DNA of 64,000 nucleotides from a virus. Taxonomy: Duplodnaviria; Caudoviricetes. The position numbers and the translations under genes are program-made. Location: the IMG/VR virus record IMGVR_UViG_3300036403_000039, positions 1,604-65,603 of that record; one strand, written 5' to 3'. Numbering within the stretch: the stretch's first letter is position 1; each line of letters opens with the position of its first letter. Shown in pieces: positions 38,964 through 49,551 of this stretch. Under the pieces are notes generated by a model that worked only from the letters and a program-made list of their open reading frames with translations, was not told where the DNA came from and ran no database searches.

Positions 38964-39355
38964 CCGTTGCCATCACTGTCGAACACAACGAGGCGCGGCT
39001 GGCGGGCACCCTGGCGTTCCTGGATGCGGGCAGCAACCCGGCGCGTCTGCGCATCTACGGCGGCACGCGACCGGCTACACCGGCGACGACGCCGACGAGC
39101 GCGATGCTGGTCGAGATCAGGCTCACCAAGCCTGCAGGCTCGATTGCAGGTGGGCTCCTGACGCTGGCGCAGCAGGAGGATGGCTTGATCACCAGCACCG
39201 GCGTTGCTACGTGGGCGCGGCTGGTCAATGGCAACGAAGTCACGGCGCTGGATCTGGACTGCAGCGGCACCGACGGCAGTGGCGACGTGAAGCTGGCCAG
39301 CACCAACCTCTATCTGGGTGGGGATGCCCGGATGGTGTCGGCAATCCTGGGGTAG
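38960..39355 (+). CDS. Phage tail protein
   Basis: GTG start coupled to the upstream stop; ARLRIYGGTRP, GVATWARL. Confidence 0.7.
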   Translation: MTVAITVEHNEARLAGTLAFLDAGSNPARLRIYGGTRPATPATTPTSAMLVEIRLTKPAGSIAGGLLTLAQQEDGLITSTGVATWARLVNGNEVTALDLDCSGTDGSGDVKLASTNLYLGGDARMVSAILG

Positions 39356-39358
39356 ACC

Positions 39359-41377
39359 GTGCCGAGCGCATCCAGCGAATTGACGCTGGCCACCACGTTG
39401 CCAGCACCCGAAGTCCGCATCGCGTTCGGTCCACCTCTTGTCAACCTGCTGTTCGATCAGCCTGCTGCCACCGACGCCAACTTGGTGTTCGGAGCGGGCT
39501 TCGTCGCACCGCGCGACGACGTGGTGGTGCTGGTCAGCCTGCCGCTGCCGGTCGTCTCGATCAAGTTCATCCCGCCAGCGCGGGCCGAACTACTGGCTGA
39601 GCTACCTGCACTGACAGTCAGCACGCTGGTGCTGCGCCCGAGCGTGCCGTTGGATGTGGCGGGCGCAACTCTTCCGGGTGTCGTGTTCTCCGGCGAGGTC
39701 AGGTACTACTCGCGCACGCAGCGACCGACGGTCGGCCAGACAGCGCACCCTTGGCAGGTGGCGAGGCAGACCGAAGATGGTGCCGCGCAGGGCCAGCAGG
39801 ACGCTGCCGCAACGCCCGCTGGCTGGGCCGCGTTCTGGCGGCGTACCTTGGGTATTCCTCAAGGCATCGAGCACAGGTTGCCGCCGGTGCTGGCGGCAGC
39901 GCCCGAGCAACGCGGCGCTCGCCACCAGGATGCGACCCGGTTGCAAGATTCGACGTGGTTCGCGCACCAGGACGCCATTCGTTTTGCGGCGGCCCAACGC
40001 GGTCTGTTCCAGAACGCAGGCCCTCTGCGGAATGCCACGCGGTTCCGGCATCAGGACGGTGATCGCACCAAGCGCGCGGGCAGGGTGTCCCGGTGGCAAA
40101 GCGCTGTGTTGGTTGTACGCGGCCAAGGGAGTGATTTTCAGACTGCACGGCCGCAACTGAAGGGCTGGCGCGGCAGGTATCAGGAGGCGGTTCCGCCGCC
40201 ACCGGGCATCAGCCGGTGGGTGGTGCCTGAGCGGCCCGTTCCGGAGCCTTGCTACACGCCCAGTCCGCACCTGCTGTTTGCCGCACTGGCCGCGACCGAT
40301 GGGCATCTGCTGTTCCTTTGTGAAAACCACGTCACCCCGCCACCTCCGGATGGTGAGCCGGTGGTCGTTCCTGTTCGGAGGGTCTATTTCGTGATCAACA
40401 ACGTGACCCTGTTCCGCGTGTCCGATGGCGCGCCGGTACCGGTGTTCAATCTCTCGCTGTCGCTCGATGCCTCGTCTTGGGCGTGGGGCTTCGATGCGGT
40501 GCTGCCTGCCAGGGCCGAGGCCCTGGTCGCGCCCGGCAGCGCACCCGGGCCCGTCGAACTCGTGGCCAGCGTCAACGGCACCCCATTTCGCGTGCTGGCC
40601 GAGAGCATCAGCCGCGAGCGCATCTTCGGTGACGCCAGCATCCGCATATCCGGCCGGGGGCGCAACGCCGTTCTGTCCGCGCCTTACGCACCGGTGATGA
40701 CGTTCTCGAACACCGAGGGCCGCACTGCTCGGCAGTTGATGGACGACGTGCTCACGGTCAACGGCATCCCGCTGGGCTGGGCCGTCGATTGGGGCCTGAC
40801 GGACTGGAACGTCCCCGCCGGTGCGTTCGCGCAGCAAGGATCGTGGATCGACGCACTGACCGCCATTGCCGGTGCTGCAGGTGGCTACTTGATTCCGCAT
40901 CCCTCGGCCCAGAGCATCCGCGTGCGTCATCACTACCCGGTCGCGCCTTGGGAATGGAGCACGGTCACGCCCGACTTCGTGTTGCCCGTCGATGCTGTCG
41001 CCCACGAGTCGCTGCGCTGGTTGGAAAAGCCTGCGTACAACCGCGTGTTCGTTTCCGGGCAGGACGTCGGCGTCCTCGGGCAGGTGACCCGAGCGGGGAC
41101 TGCCGGAGAAGTGCTGGCACCCATGGTCGTCGACCCGCTGATCACCGAGGCCGCCGCCGCGCGTCAGCGTGGCATCGCCGTGCTGGCCGACACCGGTCAC
41201 CAGCTTGAGGTCAGCCTGCGCCTGCCGGTGCTCGCCGAGACCGGGATCATCGAGCCCGGTGCGTTCGTGGAGTACCAGGACGGCAGCGTCACGCGACTGG
41301 GCATCGTCCGCGCGACCCAAGTGGAAGCCGGGATGCCCGAGGTGTGGCAGACGCTGGGAGTGCAGGCATATGCATAA
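39359..41377 (+). CDS. Tail hub-like protein
   Basis: 672 aa at the end of the tail operon. Confidence 0.7.
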   Translation: MPSASSELTLATTLPAPEVRIAFGPPLVNLLFDQPAATDANLVFGAGFVAPRDDVVVLVSLPLPVVSIKFIPPARAELLAELPALTVSTLVLRPSVPLDVAGATLPGVVFSGEVRYYSRTQRPTVGQTAHPWQVARQTEDGAAQGQQDAAATPAGWAAFWRRTLGIPQGIEHRLPPVLAAAPEQRGARHQDATRLQDSTWFAHQDAIRFAAAQRGLFQNAGPLRNATRFRHQDGDRTKRAGRVSRWQSAVLVVRGQGSDFQTARPQLKGWRGRYQEAVPPPPGISRWVVPERPVPEPCYTPSPHLLFAALAATDGHLLFLCENHVTPPPPDGEPVVVPVRRVYFVINNVTLFRVSDGAPVPVFNLSLSLDASSWAWGFDAVLPARAEALVAPGSAPGPVELVASVNGTPFRVLAESISRERIFGDASIRISGRGRNAVLSAPYAPVMTFSNTEGRTARQLMDDVLTVNGIPLGWAVDWGLTDWNVPAGAFAQQGSWIDALTAIAGAAGGYLIPHPSAQSIRVRHHYPVAPWEWSTVTPDFVLPVDAVAHESLRWLEKPAYNRVFVSGQDVGVLGQVTRAGTAGEVLAPMVVDPLITEAAAARQRGIAVLADTGHQLEVSLRLPVLAETGIIEPGAFVEYQDGSVTRLGIVRATQVEAGMPEVWQTLGVQAYA

Positions 41378-41591
41378 CCTCTACGAGCAGTTTCGCCAAC
41401 TTATCCCCGACCCGCCGCTGCAGTCTGGCACCGTGATCGACGTCGGCTCTGGCGTGGTCACAGTCGCATTGCCCGGTGGCGGCCGAATCAAGGCGCGGGG
41501 TACTGCAGCCATTGGCCAGAAGGTGTTCGTGCGCGACGACGCCATCGAAGGCATTGCCCCCAGCCTGACGCTGGAAATCATCGAGATCTGA
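41370..41591 (+). CDS. Small OB-fold-like tail protein
   Basis: NLYEQFRQLIP...ARGTAAIGQKVFVRD. Confidence 0.65.
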   Translation: MHNLYEQFRQLIPDPPLQSGTVIDVGSGVVTVALPGGGRIKARGTAAIGQKVFVRDDAIEGIAPSLTLEIIEI

Positions 41592-41611
41592 AACCCAACT
41601 GAGTTAACCCT

Positions 41612-41648
41612 GAGACCCGCCCTGATGCTCACGCATCGGGCGGGTTTC
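41612..41648 (+). terminator. Long hairpin between tail and lysis genes
   Basis: GAGACCCGCCCTGATGC-tcac-GCATCGGGCGGGTTTC. Confidence 0.55.
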
Positions 41649-41667
41649 GCATTTCTGGAGCACGCAA

Positions 41668-41958
41668 ATGAACGCACCGACTGTGACAGGGGGCATGGTG
41701 ACCATGCCCAAGGACGAATTCGAAGAACTGCTGGAGCGCGTCGCCGAACGCGGCGCTCGCCACGCGCTGGCTGACGTCGGCCTCGACGGCGAAGACGCGG
41801 CCAGCGACATCCGCGAGCTGCGGGGCCTGCTGGAGGCGTTCAACACGGCCAAGCACACCGCGTGGCAGACGGTGGTCAAGGTGATCACCACCGGCTTCCT
41901 GCTGGCGCTGGTCGCAGGCGCAGTCATCAAGCTCAAGGTGTTCGGAGGTGGCCAATGA
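41668..41958 (+). CDS. DUF6127-like membrane protein (holin candidate)
   Basis: Single C-terminal hydrophobic helix; first gene of the lysis cluster. Confidence 0.68.
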   Translation: MNAPTVTGGMVTMPKDEFEELLERVAERGARHALADVGLDGEDAASDIRELRGLLEAFNTAKHTAWQTVVKVITTGFLLALVAGAVIKLKVFGGGQ

Positions 41959-42431
41959 TCGAGACATTGCTCGGTGGCCTCCTGGGCGGGGCCTTCCGTC
42001 TCGCGCCCGAATTGCTCAAATGGCTCGACCGCCAAGGCGAGCGTGGCCACGAACTGGCGATGCAAGACAAGGCGCTGGAATTCGAAAAGCTGCGTGGCGC
42101 GCAGCGCATGGCCGAAATCGGTGCGAGCGCCGATGCGGCGTGGAACGTCGGAGCCATCGATGCTCTGCGCGACGCCGTCCGCACCCAAGGTGAGAAGACC
42201 GGCGTGCGCTGGGCCGACGCGCTCTCAACCAGCGTGCGTCCGGTGATCACCTACTGGTTCATGGCTCTGTATTGCGCGGCCAAGACGGCCGCATTTGCGG
42301 CTGCCGTCACCGCTGGCGCTAGTTGGGGTACGGCCATCCTGCACGCCTGGACAGAAGCCGATCAGGCCCTGTGGGCCGGTGTGCTGAACTTCTGGTTCCT
42401 CGGACGCGTGTTCGACCGGGTGCGTTCGTGA
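41955..42431 (+). CDS. Holin-like membrane protein
   Basis: LLGGLLGG N-terminus, SVRPVITY, LNFWFLGR. Confidence 0.7.
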   Translation: MIETLLGGLLGGAFRLAPELLKWLDRQGERGHELAMQDKALEFEKLRGAQRMAEIGASADAAWNVGAIDALRDAVRTQGEKTGVRWADALSTSVRPVITYWFMALYCAAKTAAFAAAVTAGASWGTAILHAWTEADQALWAGVLNFWFLGRVFDRVRS

Positions 42432-42886
42432 GCGAAGTGCCGAAAACGGCCATCGAGCTGGCCAAGCGATTCGAGGGGTTCCACCGCGTGCCAAAGGCCG
42501 ATCCTGGACGTGCGCACCCGTACATCTGCCCCGCAGGGTACTGGACGATTGGCTATGGCCATCTGTGTGATGCGAAGCACCCGCCGATCACCGAGGCCGA
42601 AGCAGATGTCTATCTGGCGCGCGACCTGCAGACGGCGCTCGCCGCGACGCTGCGTTACTGCCCGGTGCTTGCCGCCGAACCCGAAGGGCGGCTGTCGGCC
42701 ATCGTGGACTTCACGTTCAACCTTGGCGCGGGGCGGCTACAGACGTCGACGTTGCGGAGAAGGATCAACCAGCGGGACTGGGTCGCTGCTGGGCAGGAAT
42801 TGCGCCGCTGGATCTATGGCGGCGGCAAGGTACTTCCCGGCTTGGTCGCGCGCCGTGAGGCGGAAGCGCGCATCCTGTCGGCTTGA
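42428..42886 (+). CDS. Endolysin, GH24 lysozyme
   Basis: FEG...PYICPAGYWTIGYGH, FNLGAG, LPGLVARR. Confidence 0.92.
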   Translation: MSEVPKTAIELAKRFEGFHRVPKADPGRAHPYICPAGYWTIGYGHLCDAKHPPITEAEADVYLARDLQTALAATLRYCPVLAAEPEGRLSAIVDFTFNLGAGRLQTSTLRRRINQRDWVAAGQELRRWIYGGGKVLPGLVARREAEARILSA

Positions 42887-42899
42887 CACACATTGATCC

Positions 42900-43790
42900 T
42901 CAAGTCCACACCTGATCCAGGTTCTTCGCTGCCAGCAACTTGTCTCGAAGCGCGTAGCGCGACGACTGCATGTTGACCTCGCTGCTCTCCGGGCGCGGGA
43001 TCGGAACAATGGCCGTTGCCGCCCCTTTGAACTTGATCATGTACTTGCCCGTGTCGTTGTACGGAACGATGGCGTCAATCTCGGCGATGTGGGTGATGGC
43101 AGCAACAGGGGCGACCTGATAGGCCGCGATGAACTTCAGTTTCGAGATGTGCTTCGCATTGATCCGCACGGCGAACCAGCAGTGCTCGTTCAGAAAGCGT
43201 TGCTTGAACCCTTCCTCGCGTGCCGGGACAACGATGGTGTCGAACTTGTCGCTCTCAGAACCGACGGGTTGTACCTGATCGCTCGGGTCGTCCTGCTTGG
43301 GCGGCGTGAAGGCGTTGATTCCAAGCATTGGCAGGATCAACAACATATCAGCAAGGAATGCCTGGGCCGTGGCCTTTGCTGCGGGGGCCATCGTCGGAGC
43401 AGTTGGGTTGTTCTTGTTCAGAAGAATGGCCCGGTCGTGCTTTTTGGCCAGAGCAACCAATGCAGATTCCAGGTACTGAACTTCCGTCTTGCCGATCTTG
43501 TGGTTGCGGTCGAAGAAGTAGACGCCCCAAACCCATCCCTCCTTGTTCGAGACGTGATTCTTCAAGCGGTCGCCGACGGGATCAGCCTCGCCGATGTAGA
43601 TCGTCTCTTCGGCAGCATTGCCCACAAGGATGTAGATACCGGCCTGGGAGAAGCCAGGTTCCTGCTTCAGCAGGTGGAACAGTTCCCTGTTGAAGACGAC
43701 GCCGTAGCCCGACCAGTTCGACTTGTCGAGGTGGCGAATCCCTTCGGGATCGCCTGTGGTGGCGAACAGCGTGATTGAAAACGGCTGCAT
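42900..43790 (-). CDS. GIY-YIG nuclease family protein
   Basis: GIYILVG...IYIGEA...RLKNH...YLES. Confidence 0.85.
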   Translation of the reverse strand: MQPFSITLFATTGDPEGIRHLDKSNWSGYGVVFNRELFHLLKQEPGFSQAGIYILVGNAAEETIYIGEADPVGDRLKNHVSNKEGWVWGVYFFDRNHKIGKTEVQYLESALVALAKKHDRAILLNKNNPTAPTMAPAAKATAQAFLADMLLILPMLGINAFTPPKQDDPSDQVQPVGSESDKFDTIVVPAREEGFKQRFLNEHCWFAVRINAKHISKLKFIAAYQVAPVAAITHIAEIDAIVPYNDTGKYMIKFKGAATAIVPIPRPESSEVNMQSSRYALRDKLLAAKNLDQVWT

Positions 43791-43824
43791 AAATTTTTCC
43801 CCGATTCGTTTTTTTACGTGGCTG

Positions 43825-46800
43825 CTACTTCACCAGCTCCATCAGTTTGCCGAAGCTGTTCACCACGTCGTACTTGACGTTCTCGGGAGCGTACTTCTGG
43901 TTGATCTCGTCGAAGAACTTGCGGGCGCACTTGATCTTGGTTTTCTCGATCTCGTTGAGCACCATTGACGACATCGACCCCTTGGTCTCGGCGACGAAGT
44001 ACACGTGCTTGACTGTGCCCTCCTTGAACGATACGGCCCAGTCTGGGTTGTAGTCGCCAACGGGGGTGGGTATCAGGAAGCCGCGAGGCAACTTGGCGTA
44101 CACGACGACTTCCGTGCAGGTATCGAGCTCCTTCACAAACTCCCGCTCGATCCCGGAATCCGTGATCACGTAGTCGTAGATGTGCCGCTTGAGCTTGTCA
44201 CCGGCCTTGCTGAAGTCCTGTTTGGTCTGGCCTGCGGTGAAGATGTCGAGGTCGAATTTGTCCTCCACCGAGTCGTAGGCCAAGTGCTCGATGATCATCG
44301 TTGCCTTCTGCTCGTTGATCAGTCGAACTGCCTCGGCGATGAAGCTTTCCGGATTGGTGCGGAACTGTGCAAACACCGCGACGCTGATCCCCTTGAGGAT
44401 GTCAGCCGTCGTGCGCCGGGTCAGTTGCGTTCCCTCGGCAACCTTCCCGATGAGGTCGTACTTCACGGCTGAGTGGATGGAATGCACATTTTTTTCAGTT
44501 TCGGTGTCTTTGAGTACGAACGCCTCGCCATCCTTTAGCTCGTCATAGGACACTTGTGCAGCCTGCTCACCAGTTTGAATCGTGTATTGCAACGGCGTTA
44601 CCCGAAGGCTTTTGTCCAGTTCTGTGACGGCCTTCGTGACCAACTCCGCTGAATCAAAGTCAACGCTGTAGGCTGCTTTGCGATTGATCCGGCTCCACAG
44701 CTCCTTGAATTCCTGCTTGTCAAAGTTACTGTTGAGCGGGTTCTTCTTGGGGCGACGGTCGTCGGTGATTTCAAACATCTGGCTGTCGCTGAAGACGCTG
44801 TCGATCAGCTGGTACACCTGCTCGGCGTAGGCCTGCAATTCCGGGGGCAGCGGTACCAGGGTGCCTTCCTTCTTTGCCTCGTGGTACGTGCCTGTGATGC
44901 GGTCGGTGTCATCGCTGTAGTCGTTCTTAAGCAGGTACTTATAGATCTGCTTGGCCAGCTGTGGCGTGATCTCGACATCCCCGGTGGCGGTCTTGAGAAC
45001 CTTGCCAGTGAAGTAGGCTTCGTCTGCCACCTTGGGGCGTGCCGACAAGGACTCGCTGATGTCCTTCTGCAGTGCAGAGACGAAGTCTTTGTAACTTTCG
45101 CTGGCCACAACCGTGAGCACGTTGACGTCATGGACGGTGGCCGGATGATCCATTCGGTCGCCAGTCTGGTTGACAGACAAACGCAGACCACGGCCCACTT
45201 CCTGTCGCCGCGAAATGGTGTTGTCACTGTGCTTGAGCGCACAGATCACGAACACGTTCGGGTTGTCCCAGCCCTCACGCAGAGCCGAGTGCGAGAAGAT
45301 AAAGCGTACGGGCTCCTGCAATGACAACAAGCGCTCTTTCTGCTTCAAGATCAGGTCATAAGCGTCCACGTCATCAGACAGCCCGGCACCCTCACCACGG
45401 GCGGCAACTGCAGGGTCAACGTCACGCTTGGTCTTCTTGTCGATGGAGAAATAGCCCTTGTGTGTCTTGGCTGGGGCGATCTCCTTCAAGTACTTGATGT
45501 ACGGCGTTTCATCCAGGTCAAGCACCTCGTTCAGGTACTGGCTGTATTCCTCTTCGAAGATCCGGGCGTAGTCGCCTTTCTCATCGGCCGCAGCGTAATC
45601 CCGGTACTTGGCAACTTCGTCAATGAAGAATAGGGTCAATACCTTGATGCCTTGCTGGAACAGCACCTGCTCCTTGTCAAAGTGCGCCTTGATGGCTTCA
45701 CGAATCTGGATTCGACGCAGCGCAGCCTCGTTCACATCACCATTGGCCTCGCCGACAAATAGTTCTACACCGTTGGTAAAACTTAAGGTGTCAGTATTGG
45801 CGTTGATTTCCGACACCACATAGCCGCGATACTGATCTAGACCGCTCGAGAGGTCGAAAAGATTGTCGGTCTTCACCAGTTTGCGCACCACGCGCTTGAT
45901 CTCGCCACTCTTCAGCTTCTGTTCAAACTCGACACGCGCCTCTGGGGGCTTCTTGGTCGAAATCTCGATGGACTGCAGGTACAGGTAGGCATTGGTTCCG
46001 GCGAGGCCCTTCACCGAGATGCCACGCACAGCGATCTTCTTCACCAGCTTCTGGTTGTAGGCATCCAACGCGTCTAGCCGGTGGATTTTGTTGTGCGAGG
46101 TCTTGTGGGTAGCCGAATACCGCAGCACCATCAGCGCCTTGAATTCCTCTAAGGACTTCAGGGTGGCAGCACCTTCCATCTTTTGCGGCTCGTCCAAGAT
46201 AAGGACAGGGCGGTTGGCGCTGATGACATCAATCGGGCGGCGAGACTGGAAGTCATCGAGCTCGTCGTAGATGCGCCGGTTGTCAGCTCCTCGGGCGGCA
46301 AAAGCCTGGACGTTGATCACCATGACGTTGATCCCCGAATCTGAAGAGAAGCTCTCCAGTTGATGCAACTGCTTGGAGTTGTAGATGAAAAAACGCGCCT
46401 TCTTGCGGTATGTCTCCAGAAAGTGCTCGGCGGTGATTTCCAGCGACTTGGCCACACCCTCGCGGATGGCAATACTGGGCACAACAATGATGAACTTGCT
46501 CCAGCCGTACTGCTTGTTTAGTTCGAAGATAGTCTTGATATAGCAATAAGTCTTGCCGGTGCCCGTCTCCATCTCGATGTCGAGATTGACCTTGCTGACT
46601 TTGTTCTTCACCAACTCCGTGGATTGCGGCAGATTCTGCTGATGCTGCACTCGGGTGATGTTCTCTAGCACCGCCACATCCGTCAGCTTCAGGTCGGCGT
46701 TCTTGAACCCCGATTCAGCAAAGAGGTCCTCAACCCCCTTCTTGGCCTTGCCTGGATCAATACGGTAACTGATGGCCTCTGGCGAGGCGGGTGGCTGACC

Positions 46801-46869
46801 TTTGAAACAGTCAACCACGGCCTGTACAGCAGCCGATTGATATGACTGAACTTTGAACTTAAGTTTCAT
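43825..46869 (-). CDS. res: Type III restriction endonuclease subunit
   Basis: [33 protein letters not shown]-terminal YNPDW...ETKG. Confidence 0.93.
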   Translation of the reverse strand: MKLKFKVQSYQSAAVQAVVDCFKGQPPASPEAISYRIDPGKAKKGVEDLFAESGFKNADLKLTDVAVLENITRVQHQQNLPQSTELVKNKVSKVNLDIEMETGTGKTYCYIKTIFELNKQYGWSKFIIVVPSIAIREGVAKSLEITAEHFLETYRKKARFFIYNSKQLHQLESFSSDSGINVMVINVQAFAARGADNRRIYDELDDFQSRRPIDVISANRPVLILDEPQKMEGAATLKSLEEFKALMVLRYSATHKTSHNKIHRLDALDAYNQKLVKKIAVRGISVKGLAGTNAYLYLQSIEISTKKPPEARVEFEQKLKSGEIKRVVRKLVKTDNLFDLSSGLDQYRGYVVSEINANTDTLSFTNGVELFVGEANGDVNEAALRRIQIREAIKAHFDKEQVLFQQGIKVLTLFFIDEVAKYRDYAAADEKGDYARIFEEEYSQYLNEVLDLDETPYIKYLKEIAPAKTHKGYFSIDKKTKRDVDPAVAARGEGAGLSDDVDAYDLILKQKERLLSLQEPVRFIFSHSALREGWDNPNVFVICALKHSDNTISRRQEVGRGLRLSVNQTGDRMDHPATVHDVNVLTVVASESYKDFVSALQKDISESLSARPKVADEAYFTGKVLKTATGDVEITPQLAKQIYKYLLKNDYSDDTDRITGTYHEAKKEGTLVPLPPELQAYAEQVYQLIDSVFSDSQMFEITDDRRPKKNPLNSNFDKQEFKELWSRINRKAAYSVDFDSAELVTKAVTELDKSLRVTPLQYTIQTGEQAAQVSYDELKDGEAFVLKDTETEKNVHSIHSAVKYDLIGKVAEGTQLTRRTTADILKGISVAVFAQFRTNPESFIAEAVRLINEQKATMIIEHLAYDSVEDKFDLDIFTAGQTKQDFSKAGDKLKRHIYDYVITDSGIEREFVKELDTCTEVVVYAKLPRGFLIPTPVGDYNPDWAVSFKEGTVKHVYFVAETKGSMSSMVLNEIEKTKIKCARKFFDEINQKYAPENVKYDVVNSFGKLMELVK

Positions 46870-46905
46870 CGCTTGGCCACCTGCGATTTCTAATTTTGAC
46901 TGCAG

Positions 46906-47580
46906 TCAGCATTGATTGACCTTTTGGGATAAGTGTTCCTTGAATTCTTCCTGCGAAACAACTTCATCGTCCGAATCGCTAAACTCAATGTATAGCTCCG
47001 TTGATTCGCGAATAATCTTCTTGGAAACTGTATAGTTCTTGCTCAAATTGGGCTTGATAAATACATATTTTTCAACCGGCTGCATATAGTGAAGTATTAG
47101 CCAAACGTCTTCGGTCGGATGATTCTTTGCGTAGTTGAGCTTATCCGGCCGAACCCAATACGTTTGACCTCTCATTACCTCGGTCCCTGTGACCTCCACT
47201 AGCAACACTACTGCTAGGCCTCCGCTTGTTCTTACCTCAAGATCGGGCTTTCCAGATTCCGAAGGATGGCCAGAAATGAATTCTCCGCTATCAGCGCCAA
47301 AGCCAACGATTTCTACAGTTACCCGACCATCTAGTCCTTCGATGAGGCTCTTGACTTTCTGAAGTCTCACTTTTTCTTTTGCCCATGCGCTTTCGCCGTA
47401 CGCATGCTTCCAGTGGTGAGTTTCAAGCTCCTTAATCTGATCGCAGCCTATTTGCTGACCAATCTTAATGTTGAGCGCCGGAAATGTTCGTTCCCTGATG
47501 CTGGTGCAGTAAGCGCCATCAACGTAAATCCAGTAACGCTGACGGTCTTGCTTGAAGACTATGTCGGTTATTTTTGGCAT
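46906..47580 (-). CDS. Hypothetical protein: RecX-N-like domain plus PD-(D/E)XK-like nuclease motif
   Basis: MPKITDIVFKQDRQRYWIYVDG N-terminus; GKPDL...VEVTG; AT-rich insert between mod and res. Confidence 0.7.
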   Translation of the reverse strand: MPKITDIVFKQDRQRYWIYVDGAYCTSIRERTFPALNIKIGQQIGCDQIKELETHHWKHAYGESAWAKEKVRLQKVKSLIEGLDGRVTVEIVGFGADSGEFISGHPSESGKPDLEVRTSGGLAVVLLVEVTGTEVMRGQTYWVRPDKLNYAKNHPTEDVWLILHYMQPVEKYVFIKPNLSKNYTVSKKIIRESTELYIEFSDSDDEVVSQEEFKEHLSQKVNQC

Positions 47581-47630
47581 TTGATTCTCTTCCTGGTTTG
47601 ATGGTGGTTCTTGTTAAAAGAAGGAGACTC

Positions 47631-49526
47631 TTACAAGACCTTAATCTCGGTGACAGGAGAGAGCAGCTTGAAGATTTGCTCAACATTTATCTTGACCGAA
47701 CTGTCCTTAAACCCGGCATCGCGAAACACAGCGCGCAAAGGCTGTAATTTAGCCAGTTCCTTTACAAATGCCTCGTCGATTCTTCCATCGTCGCTAAAGC
47801 ATGCAGCCATCGCATTGCCATCAACGCAGAACACATTTAGCCCACAGATATTCTGAGTGGAAACTGGAAGTCCCAGGTCTACGCCCCAGTCGAGCATCAC
47901 TTGAAAGAGCAGGTCTTCGGCGGTTCGGCCAGTCTTTATGTTGTCAACGAAGAGATCAAGATTTGATTTCTCAAGTGCATCGGGCACGTAATAGATATCT
48001 GCCATGTTTGATGTGTCAATCTTGAGAACTCTGAAGCCAACGTCTCGATTCCAGCGTTCATTGCGGCCGCCTTGCAGTAGCTTTTTTCCAACGCGCCGAA
48101 TTCGCTCCTTGCCGATATCTGCGATGTTGGTGAAGCCCGCTTTTGCCGCCTCACTACTCGGTTCGCATAGCTCTGGTAACTGCACCAATATGAATCTGGC
48201 GTTGCAGCCAGTTTCTGCAGCTCTGGCTAAAATGGCGTGCGCAGTCGTAGCTGAGCCGGAGAAAAAGTCGAGCACGATATCGGACTCATCCGAGAGGCAT
48301 TGAGATGCCAGCGAGGACACAAGTTGAGTGGACTTCGGGTGTGGGAATAGCTTTGCGCTGAAAATATCCTGCAGTTCTCTGGTGGCCTGAGTGTTTGCGG
48401 GGGCAATGAGGGAATTGGCGATGCGATCCTCGACCTTAGATACGATCCAGGTTGAAACAGGAACAGTGTCGAATTTGGCCTCATTCTTGAAGCGCTTTAA
48501 CATCGGGCGGCCTGAAGCAGTGGCAGGAAAAATTATCCTTCCTTCGGCAATTTTTTCAGCCATTGTCTTTCGGCTGTATGGCCAATATCGACCCTCGGGG
48601 GGCAAAAATTCGTGGCCTCTTTTCGGGTCTTTGATTGGGTAGTGGACGTCTCCGCCAGCTTTTCCCGCACTTAAGTTGTCAGCCTTCCAAGGGCCTCTCG
48701 GATCGTTGTCCGGATTGTTGTATCCCTCGTAGGTTCGTTCAATTCCAGCAAGACGCCCTTTACTCTTTGCATAACAAAGTACGTATTCGTGATCAACGCT
48801 TGTATTGTCGACCGAATCCATTGCGCCACTTCGGCGTTTCCAGACAAAGCTACAGTAAAAGTTCTGCGAACCAAATACCTCGTCACACACCGCCCTAAGA
48901 TTCGATACTTCGAAGTCGTCAATGGAAATAAAAATTACCCCATCATCTGATAACAGGTTCCTGGCGAGTCGCAAACGCGGAAGCATCATGCTCAACCAGT
49001 CGGAGTGAAAGCGACCGTTCGACTCCGAGTTCGCAATTAATCTATTTCCCTGGTCATCGACCTGTTTTGAGCGCTCGAAGTACGACGTGCTATCTTCGGC
49101 GAAATCGTCCTCATAAATAAAGTCGCTACCAGTGTTGTATGGTGGATCGATGTAGATCATCTTCACCTTGCCGAGATAGGTTTCCTGCAATAGCTTCAGC
49201 GCGTCGAGGTTGTCACCTTCGATGAATAGGTTTTTCGTGCTGTCGAAATCCACGCTTTCCGCTCGACAAGGGCGCAGCGTCTTTGCGATTGGGGCGTTTG
49301 CAGTAAGTACCGCTTCACGTTTTCCTGGCCAACTGAGGTGATAGCGTTCTTGCGGTCCGTCGACTACAGAATCAGAAAGTTCCTGTCGCAGTTGGTCAAA
49401 ATCCACCGCCAGTTTGGTACAACCATCGTCATCCTTTATTTCTTTGACGCAACCGGGAAAGACATCCCGTAGATGCCTGATGTTGTCCTGTGTGAGGTTG
49501 GGCGAGTGCATTTTTGGTTTTTCCAT
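47631..49526 (-). CDS. mod: Type III methyltransferase subunit
   Basis: EGDNLDALKLL, IDPPYNTG, HSDWLSMM, DFFSGSATT. Confidence 0.94.
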   Translation of the reverse strand: MEKPKMHSPNLTQDNIRHLRDVFPGCVKEIKDDDGCTKLAVDFDQLRQELSDSVVDGPQERYHLSWPGKREAVLTANAPIAKTLRPCRAESVDFDSTKNLFIEGDNLDALKLLQETYLGKVKMIYIDPPYNTGSDFIYEDDFAEDSTSYFERSKQVDDQGNRLIANSESNGRFHSDWLSMMLPRLRLARNLLSDDGVIFISIDDFEVSNLRAVCDEVFGSQNFYCSFVWKRRSGAMDSVDNTSVDHEYVLCYAKSKGRLAGIERTYEGYNNPDNDPRGPWKADNLSAGKAGGDVHYPIKDPKRGHEFLPPEGRYWPYSRKTMAEKIAEGRIIFPATASGRPMLKRFKNEAKFDTVPVSTWIVSKVEDRIANSLIAPANTQATRELQDIFSAKLFPHPKSTQLVSSLASQCLSDESDIVLDFFSGSATTAHAILARAAETGCNARFILVQLPELCEPSSEAAKAGFTNIADIGKERIRRVGKKLLQGGRNERWNRDVGFRVLKIDTSNMADIYYVPDALEKSNLDLFVDNIKTGRTAEDLLFQVMLDWGVDLGLPVSTQNICGLNVFCVDGNAMAACFSDDGRIDEAFVKELAKLQPLRAVFRDAGFKDSSVKINVEQIFKLLSPVTEIKVL

Positions 49527-49551
49527 GTTCTTTTCCTTTGGCCGCTAGTAA

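Noticed and set aside
33016-41591. Diversity-generating retroelement or invertible tail-fibre switch
   Set aside because: No reverse transcriptase, no TR/VR pair noticed, no invertase next to the tail genes
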